A stretch of DNA of 62,984 nucleotides, counting the filler, from Platydemus manokwari (lineage: Eukaryota): assembly GCA_037951405.1 (NCBI GenBank). It is 5 parts of 5 records of this genome, joined end to end, with 100 filler letters (N's around TTAATTAATTAA, not from the genome) between each part and the next. Parts side by side here need not be neighbours in the genome. Positions count along the whole stretch, not along the records: positions 45,508 to 62,984 come from JBBMOY011044411.1; 4 more parts are not named here. One strand, written 5' to 3'. The translations under genes were made by a program, and so were the position numbers. Position 1 is the stretch's first letter; each line of letters begins with the position of its first letter. Of this stretch, positions 53,330 through 62,984 are shown one piece after another. Below the pieces are notes generated by a model, which was given only the letters and a program-made list of their open reading frames with translations, was not told the DNA's origin and searched no databases.

Positions 53330-56300
53330 ATTTAAACTATTAATTATGCTGTAAAATAAAAATATTCTTAACATAATATATAATTTAATATAAATCATCA
53401 ATAATGAATTTCCTTCATTAAATTTATTCAAAAAATCAAATGATATCAACTCAGGAGAGTGAAATGATGTTAGCCAAATTGACGAACATTCAAATTCACT
53501 TTTTAATTCACTGGAAGTCAGATTGAGTAATCTGCTTGCGAGACCATGTGATCAATAGAAAGAACCACAAGACCTACCTACTAATAGTTCCTATTGTTAT
53601 TAGTTTTCATTAATTAAATTGAGTTTGTTTAGTGGAAATTAATTTACAATTCGATCATCCACAACTCAAATATATTTGACGATAACAACATTCTTTATTT
53701 TCAATATGAAAAAATACATCGAAAAGAAACTAAATTTAAAATGCATTCTTGTATCTACAAACCAAAACTATGGCGATATGCACAGTTGTTAACAACCTCG
53801 GCAGGGAGAATTAAATTGAAACACAAATTCTGATCGAAAAAAATATAAACAATTCCATGATATTGACTAAAATTGTGTTTAAAATTTAAGGTAATTATTT
53901 CAGTTAATCGGTAAATAAAGAAAAATGCTCGCAATTTATTGGGAAAGTCGTCAGTCGTTAATAAAACAAATAAATTTTCGAATTCAATACAACGGTTTTG
54001 AGAGAGAAAACGGTAATAGATTGTTGTATTCTCTTTTACGTTTTAGAGACGAACAATGTTCTCAATGTCTACAACGTGAGTTGCTTGTTGAAAAATAATT
54101 TATCCCCAGTCTAAAATTATGAGTAGGTTTCGAATTCGGGACTAATTTTAATCCAGATTGTCATTGGTATTGGATCGATATATAATGTTATTCATTACTG
54201 AAATTTACAATCGATAATTCTAATAATAACTATCGGGTGGCTTTGTTATACTCAAATTTCATTCCAATAACAGACTTTCAGATAAAGGTTCCACTTTCGA
54301 ATTGGATATTTAACTGGATTGGATGAATTAATGTGCTGTAAACATGTTGCATAGAAATTGATAACAATCTCTTTTCCACGTTTAACTTCGTCTTGTTATT
54401 GTTTGGGATTTGATTGCATTTCGTGATTAGAAACGTTCTGGAATCGATAGATTTTATCTTTAATGTTTTTTTTATAATTAATAAAATAAATTGTCAAGAA
54501 CTTTCCCACTAGAAAGTCAGCGTTTTTTCCCATTTCTGTTTTATTTTTCTTCAATTTCCACGATGGCTGTTAAATTTATAATATGATAAATTATTGAATG
54601 TCGAATATATTTTTAAGGTTGAACCAGACAATACTATGGAAGGGCTTCGAAATTCCACTGTTCAACGAGATAAGAAAGTCATTATGAGAAAGATAGCTTT
54701 CATGAGCTGATTTTAAAGAGATTATCATTGGCTCACAGTGCTTTCGTAGAACTTGAGTAATAATAATTCTAGTAATTATTTATAGTTTATTTCTCATATC
54801 CATTGATATGATAATAAATATTATCATTATATTAAGGTTGATTCTTTGGATTCAATAAAACAATTCATCATTACGTTTTAAAAAACCGAAATTTACAATT
54901 ATATTAAAGATCCAATCAGAATTCAATACAAAAATAATTCACCAGTGACGTAAATACTATTTAGAATAACATTCTATTGAAACAAATACATTGAAAATTT
55001 AGGTCAACATTTACGCATCTAACACTAGTTAACAATATCCGATGACGCTTTAGTCTCAAATAACACTTCAATTTTAGAGAATAATATTTTGACCAATCAA
55101 ATCAGAGCGGTGTCTCTACAATGAATTCAAAATGAAGAATACAATTAGTCGGATGTTGAATTCAATTATTCGTCAAAATTTTTATTTTAATCGAATGTTT
55201 TATGACTAACAGCAGTAATTATGCGGTGTTAATTATTGAAAATATGACTGGAAAATAAAAATTATGCCTTAATTATTTACTTAATTATTGATAAATGGAT
55301 AAATCGATATATATTTTCGTGGATAACTTTTTAGAAATTTTTTAATATTAGAATTTTTTTCTGTCAATAAATTGGTCATCTTTAATTGAGAAGTAATTTG
55401 CAGAAAAATAGCCCCTAGTACACATCATAAAATTCACCATAACCAAATTTAAAAATAAACCAGCCCGACATTCAATTTGGCATTTTCAGCATCAACATGT
55501 GGGAATAATCGAATATATAAATTGGCCTTTAATAACCAATTTGCAATCGTTCCAATTATTTTATAAAAAATTCCTTTCCACCAGTCATGACACATTAATA
55601 GAGCCAATAAGAAATGACAGCCTTGTCATTCGTGAAAACACATGACACAAAAACCAGAGCGAATAAATTGTCTTCGCGGAAAAAACTTCAAAAAAATAGA
55701 TACACAAGTACAGGAAGATTGGCCAATGCAAATGCCAGATTGGTTTCAATGATGCCGAAACAACGAGAATTACTTTTCCATGATAGCTGGCCATTTAATT
55801 GCTGAACACAAACATCACCAATTAAAATCCTTAATTCAAAAATTAAATGTTTGACCTTTTCATTTTCGAATTGGTTATTTTTCCATAATCATCAGAAATT
55901 TCGAAAGTTGATTATGATGTAATGAATACTTGCAAATTGATGTTGTCGAAATTTAGCAGATTGTTCACAGTTAATTGACAGAAAGTTAATAGAATATTCT
56001 GAAAAACCTTTTGTCTTAGATGGTTGTCATAGAAACTAGCTCTCTATTTTTTGTCCACTTCGTATTTTGACTCAAAGCAATATTATAATTATCCTTTATG
56101 AAATACTGAAGTTTATTTTGGTTTAAAAGACAAACGTTTAAAAATCCAGGAACTGTTTTGAATCGAATGCCATTTTGGTGAATAAATTCTACAACTAGAC
56201 ATCCAATATAGTGTATGTGGTACATTACATGCATGATGGCACTATAGCGATTTGAATGGTCCTCTACTTTTGATTGGTTTAATCGAATATATTAATCTAT

Positions 56301-59300
56301 ATTATAATGGCAAATCCAAATGATTTAAACGAACCGTAATACTTTTTCTTGTCTAATGAAGGTTCCTCAGATATTAAATTTAAAACCTTTGTTTAACTAT
56401 ATTTATTCTTCATATTTATATCGAATTCTTTCTATCTATCCATATTCTTCATATCTTTATTTTCCATTTCCTCTATATTCTCTATGTTCTCTACTCTTTC
56501 TATAAATATACATAATGATTTGCTCTAAACCATTCTCTTGGAATCGGAGCGAAATGTGCAAATCTTTCGATCTCTTGTGTCATAAGTTCTGTTTGAAGTT
56601 CTATTCGTCTTTTTTTCTATCATTAATCTTCTCAAAATCTAATCGAAATACGTTGTATCCACAGTAACTGTTACAATCTCAATAAATAAGAATTACTAAA
56701 TTTGCATTTTATTACAATGCTAAAACCAATAATATCTTTATATATAACACATACAACAACGTATATATGGCACAACCCAAAGATAAATTTTTTTAATTAT
56801 TACAATTGAGGACTAGGTCCCTATTTTTGAACTGATCTGCTAGTTCAGTATCATCTTCTGGTTAAATAATTAGCTTTCTGTAACAGATACGGTTACTGGT
56901 TCTATTGCTAGTACTAAACTGTCAGAACTACAATTGTACTGCTAGTACTATACGAACAATATACTTAAAAGTCTAAGCTCTTACAATACATCAGAAGGAA
57001 AGTAAACTGCAATATAAGCATAAGTCTTACCGGAATTTCTTAGACGAATATGTAGAATATTCAATAGAGAGGTGGTTAACGATACAAATAAAATCAAAGA
57101 TTTTGAGGAAAAAAGGGTTATGAGAAATATTCCCTCTAGTTTTTGCAAGTCACTGTGCAAAATTTGACAAACTGAAATTAATTGTGTGCACTGTGCGCAC
57201 AAGAATCAATATAAGACAAGAAAAGAATTTATTCATTTTAAAGATAATTTTTTTACAAGACTAATATTAGGGATACAATTAACTGTTGAAGATATAACTA
57301 TAAGCTACAATAAATCAATTACTTAAAGCAAATAAATTGTATATTCTACTTTTTGTTTGTGTCAGTTGTGTACAAACATTCTAATTCTTCTCTTTGTACA
57401 CACCAATGCTTTGAACACACAATCTAAATCAACCAGACCATTATTTTGAATATAGCTCTTAATTCTTACAATCATGTTCAGATATACATAACCCATACAA
57501 TGTTCCTCGTAAGCTATGCGCGTGTGCCCGAGCATACAAGGAAAACAGATGGACACAATTGTAAAATGTATGCGCACACAAAGGGAAAACGTCAGCGCAC
57601 AAAAGTTTCTTACTGAGTACAAAGTACTGGCTGAATGACAAAATATTTGTTTAAATATCGGTTTTGATAATGGGATTTTTATTTCTTTACGATTTTATGA
57701 TTGTTGAAAACAAGAGACACTTAAATACATGATAATCGTGTATAGTGTGGTAAACTGGCCTTTCGTCGTTCAGTGTGTTTGCCCTGATTTGTATGAAAAA
57801 ATTTATGCACCAAAGCTGTTTATTTAAAATTGTGGATTTAGACAAAGGTTGAATAATGACTTGCAACTAGCAAGACTAGTTTAATAAAAGTAATGTAAGA
57901 TGAATACCTGGCTTTTATGTTTATATGAAAAAAAATTCATTGGGCCATTGAAAAGTTAAAAATCGTAACAGCTAAGTTCATAAACAAGGGAGATTTTGTT
58001 TTCAGTGTTCTTTCCGGAAGAATATTGGGGATTTAAAGATTATCTATATTCAAAGTTTGCTTATCTGAGAAAAAATTATGTATATAGAATTCCGTCCCAA
58101 AACCCAGAGCTCCAAGCTAGTCTATATTATAAATAAATGATAAATCGCACAGAAAACATTTTTCAATTTGTAAAATTTTCTTGAGTGGGCTTTGTTTAAT
58201 TACAATGGTTGACGAATATTACGGCAGAGATAATAAATAGTTAAAATTGCTTTGTTGTCAACAACTAGAAGCAAAGGCCAAAAATGAGAAAAATTCAATA
58301 ACTCATTCTTAGCAAAGCAACTTATGATAATGAAAGGGAAGGCTAAAACAGTTCAGCTATAAAATGCAACTGCTTAGTAAGTCTCTTGAAAAAATTCTAC
58401 AGACAAGATTCAAAATCAATTTTCAGAAAATTTTGAAAGCTCGGTATCCCCAGAGAGACTCGGGATAATTATATTCAATTATTGAGTAGCATTGTTCTTA
58501 AAACTCAACTTATACCATACTCCACGAATTTTTCCATTGTATTATTTGATCAACGATTCGAGTAGGAATAAATTCAAGTTGATTAAGAATAACATCAAAA
58601 TTTCGGAAATTAGGAATCATTTATTACTCCTCGCTTACCCTTCTGATGATGTCAAAATAAATTTCATTTCATTTTATGCCAAACACACTCATCGATCTTT
58701 GATTAATCTGAGTTTGTATTTAAAATCCGATTAGGTTAAATACCCTTCACTTGTTTCCCTCTTACTTGGTGCTTAGTAGGTGCCACCAGTGTTGCCAGAG
58801 TACATCGGATAATTGTTACATTATTTAAATCTAAATTTTATCTAGTTATTTAATTTCTAATAAAAGTTTTCGAATCATTTAATTATTAACATTTCATAAC
58901 TTTTGTAAAGTATTACTTAATCGGGTACCTTTTCCGAGGTCCTGTTCCCATGACATATATCTTTAGATGTCAGATATGACCGTTGAAGAACTTTTTACAT
59001 TTTTTATTCATATCAACAGATTTTATAGCAATAATTATGTTTGTTATCATTAAGTCGTCGAAACAGCGTGCCATATAATAAAACTTAAAAATCCTTTCCA
59101 TTACAAAGATCTCAACAAACCTAAATCGACCTATAAATTTAATCAGCTTACATAGAAATGAAACAAGTTAATTTGTAATGATCATTCTCGAAACATTTAT
59201 TCTCGATTTTATTGCTATTTATTTGTAGAAATAACGTTTTAAGTAAAATTATATTCATAATTACTTCTTCATTTCCTACAGTGTTCCATGAGTATAACTA

Positions 59301-61199
59301 GATAAGCACATTCATTAATATCAATCATATTTCTTTTTATTGTGACGTTTTGTTTTAGTATCTAATAGAAAAGTCTGATATATCTGTATTGTAAGTCTGG
59401 CCTTATACTGTGATAACATCTTTCAATCAACTCAATAGAATGTTTGTGTTGTTATCATTATCTTTAGGTGTCTATGGATACAATAGTACTCTTATTATCC
59501 AAACTACTCTGAGTTGAAACCACAAACTTTATCTTGATTGTGTCGAGAACACTAACTAGTCGATCTAAAATTTAAATCATAATTTATAAAATGCATGAAA
59601 ATTTTAAAGATTTGATTTTGTATAAAATTTGATTTTATATTATATTTAATTTTGTATAAAATCAATTAATTTATTTAAATAATTGTGTTAAAATATGAAT
59701 TTGGTGTTGTGACTTTTCATTTCGTTTTTAACATAGTAGCGACTTACATTAAAATTCCAAAAAATTAAATTACGGCCAAAATTAGGAAAGATGCCCCGAA
59801 ATAAAACTTGTAATTTGTCATTGAATTGTAAAAAAAAGGTAGATCATCTTATTTCTGCACTTATTTGTCATTTAATAGTTAAATTTATCATCAATATAAA
59901 TTTTATGGCGGCAACAGTTTCTCATATCAGCTTGATAAATTCATCAACAATAAAATAAATCGTTCTCGATGATTTATATGGTTTCTCATCAATTGTTAAA
60001 TTCGTAAAATAATTTTAAATTATCTATAATCATCCATGGACATTCCACATAATGTCATCAAGAATTGATTATTAATACGAAAGTCATTTAAAATGTTTCA
60101 CTACAAGGACCAGTAGTCTTTAGTAACCTTGAATTTTAGAGCAAGAGGCTTCTTGTTCAATGACAAGATATCATCACTGTCCCTTAATTAACTGTCTACC
60201 GAGTGAAGTAAAATCTAACGTAATTATTAAATGTCCGATTATTTACAATCCTTGCAAATTAGCTTGTGAGTTATTATTTTTTTATACTTGCTATTGGTAA
60301 GGTATTTGAATAAAGCGATTTATAGCTGGTTTACGGGCTATACCGTAACTATTTTTTAAAATAACACCTACTGTAACCATGTCTTATACCAGTAGTTTCG
60401 AAAATAGGTTAATTTATTAATACGAATATTTAGGAATTATCGATTTATTTATTATTTAATTGATTATTTTCAAGCATATAATTTCATATTTGATAAGACG
60501 AAATTAAATTTGAAATCGTATATATACAACTAATAAGTCGTGGATTATTCAATTTTATCTACGTATTAACCTAATACGGCCATTTTAAATGAATTTATCA
60601 TAAATTCTTGGAAAACTAAATCTATTCAGTTGTATGAACCAGAAACATGTTGTAATTCTCATAGATAAACCATTTGTCACGTGATATTAGAGGAAAAAAT
60701 GCATGAATTACTGGTTTGACATGAAATCTAAATCCTAAGTTAACTAATACGAACAATTGAGGCAAAATTCAACAAATGCTATATTCTCGATAAGTTGTGA
60801 TAATCTTTATATACAGAAAACTACGAACATTCGCAAGGAAGTAATCGATATATACGAATATATGTTTGAGATATTTTAGAAAATTTTAATTTTAATAAGA
60901 AAATAAATAAATATCATCAAAAATCAAAATTTCGTTCAAGTTTTACGATATAAATCAGTTATAAACAGTCTTCAAATTGATCATCACTTAATGAGTTCAA
61001 CAAGGAATCATGGGCCAATGATTAGGGATATTAACATTACCATTGCGAATTGTTGAGGTTCAAACGAATCGAAGGTTGCAATCTCTACTTCACTAAAACG
61101 GACAACAAACCTTAATAAAATAATAAGTTAGATAAAAATGAGTTTTGTTTGAATGTTAAAAGAAACGCGTGTAATTTTTAAATAAATAAATTTTATAAA

Positions 61200-61854
61200 A
61201 TGGAAGCAGCTGATGTTTTTACTGACGACTATGCCGAAATTAACGCTATAACGAGAGCCAAAAGAGAAGAAAGGCAGAAAAATATTTGTGAATCTGCCTC
61301 CAAAAACTAAGGGGTTATTGATCCCGAAGCCGTCATTCTTTGATTCATCAATCCAAGATGCTGAAAAATGGTTTCAAACAACTAAAGATTTCGCCATATT
61401 TAATCAAATGGAACCACCCTTTGAATTTGATATGCTGTTAAGAGATGATGTCAAACAACTATAGCAAGAATTCAGCAATGTCAAAGAAGCTGTTTCAAAT
61501 GAAGAAATTCAGAAATGGTTTTTGGAAACTTTCTCACGTGCCAAAACAGTGTACGACAAGGTTCAGAATTAGACAACAATGCAACAAAGACCACATGAAA
61601 AATATCGCAGTTTTGAACTTCAGATAAAGAAACTAGTTTCTCAACTGTTTGACAAGAAAAACACTCTAGAAGAAATTTCAAGACTAGTTATTCTGCAAAG
61701 TCTAAATAGCAAGAAATTGAAAAAGTCTTTTACTCTCGACCCTGCAATGTCCGACTATAGAAGAAGAGAGCTAGTTCACAATTTGGAGAAGTTAACTCTG
61801 ACGAAGCCCATAAACTCCGTTAAAAACATATGCTCAGTCGGTATTTCAAAATGA
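61200..61854 (+). pseudogene. Gypsy gag, disrupted by a stop and frameshifts
   Basis: ATG at 61200, TAA at ~61308, then IPKPSFFDSSIQDAEKWFQTTKDFAIFNQ and QQRPHEKYRSFELQIKKLVSQLF (gag-like). Lies directly upstream of RT. Confidence 0.75.
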
Positions 61855-62984
61855 CCCAAGAAAGACCTTTCAGAAGGAAACTTCGTTCAAAAACTAAGTT
61901 CAATCGTGCAGGAAAGAGATTTTGGTGCTAAGGAATATTATCGTGCACCAGTTAATCACATGGAATCTCCAAACAATACGAGGCCAACATGATCAATGAA
62001 GGCTATTGCTTCTAAATTTTACAACGATTGCAGAGAAAAACCTACACCACGTGGTAAATTCTAGTAAAGGAGATCATAATAGTTAAAGAAATTTCACGAG
62101 GATTTATTGGAGGAGTTGATATGATGAAGACTTATGGAATATTCCTTGCAGGGATAAAATCAATTGATGCCAAGGATGTGGGAAAGAAATACACCGATTA
62201 AGAGAGAATCGAAATGGCACTGAAGAGTATTACTAATAAGAATAATATTTCATTGAATAGGTCTATAAAGGAAAATGGCTCAATTTTTATGGCTTCTTGG
62301 TTCGATTTGGGACTGGCATATTTGGTTAAGCACGAGATCCGAACAAAGGAAGAACCTGTTACACAAAACCCTAGAAGGCAGCCAATAATTTTAGAAACCA
62401 AAATTCAAGAATTGATAGAAAATCTTCTCGAAAGTAATGTTATAACACCTTGCAAGAGCCCTTGGAACTCTCCTTTAGTCGTGGTTTCAAAGAAATATGG
62501 ATTGATCAGGATATACTTAGACTTCAGAAAATTAAACGAACTGACTAAGAAGTTTTCTTTTCCGATACCCTTGGACTCAGTGTATGGAGTGACAGTTTTT
62601 CTCCACAATAGATTTAGGTCGAACTTGAGGAAGATTCAAAGTTGAAAACGGCGTTTGCACTAGAACTGATCAGTTCTGTTTTAACAGACTACCTTTTGGA
62701 TTATGTACCGCGCCAGCAACGTTTCAGAGTCTAATGAATACAATATTCAAGGATTTGATTTACAAAGGCATTCTTGTTTATCTGGATGATATTTTAGTGT
62801 ATGGAATAACAGTAGAGGGACACAATGAGAAACTTGAAAAGGTATTCAGGTTGATTAAATCATCAGGTTTGAAAGTCATTCCCGAAAAATGTGCTTTTGG
62901 CACTAGGAAATTGAATTTCCTGGGTCATACGGTCAGTGCAGAAGGTATAGAAACTAATGACGACAAAGTAAAGAAAATTAAGGA
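61200..62984 (+). mobile_element. Defective Ty3/Gypsy LTR retrotransposon (gag-pol), continues beyond the window
   Basis: RT motifs SPWNSPLVVV.KK.G.IR...DFRKLN, LPFGLCTAPATFQ, YLDD (62779-62790) and KC.F....LNFLGH.VSAEGI. Frameshifts and deletions near 62570-62680; no protease motif seen. Confidence 0.96.

Noticed and set aside
54618-54710. Possible phase-0 exon VEPDNTMEGLRNS... as TRPC exon 2
   Set aside because: No TRPC similarity and it ends in a stop after ~30 codons.

Overview
Very AT-rich, gene-poor animal genomic DNA. Composition, GPCR/TRPC style and the transposon mix suggest a triclad flatworm (planarian), but that is inference. Three host protein-coding units are supported. (1) An intronless minus-strand ORF from 1154 running off the left edge (>=384 aa, absent from the ORF track because it has no stop in the window). 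It encodes a secreted protein with a hydrophobic hairpin plus coiled coil, resembling rapunzel/SE-cephalotoxin/Cry-like alpha-helical toxin folds. (2) A somatostatin/allatostatin-C-type class A GPCR (8805-10001, minus) with an atypical pocket and long ECL3. (3) The first coding exon (ankyrin repeats) of a TRPC channel (40260-40610, plus), followed by a very long apparent intron containing a cluster of RFX X-boxes. The rest is decayed transposons (Gypsy, mariner, Merlin, hAT-Charlie, a MITE, a possible solo LTR), an unclassified ~355-bp dispersed/tandem repeat family, and micro/minisatellites. Four artificial 100-bp linkers (N44-TTAATTAATTAA-N44) mean the window is a join of at least five contigs. 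No prokaryotic system, CRISPR array, tRNA or rRNA was recognised. All family assignments are by eye from motifs, not database searches.
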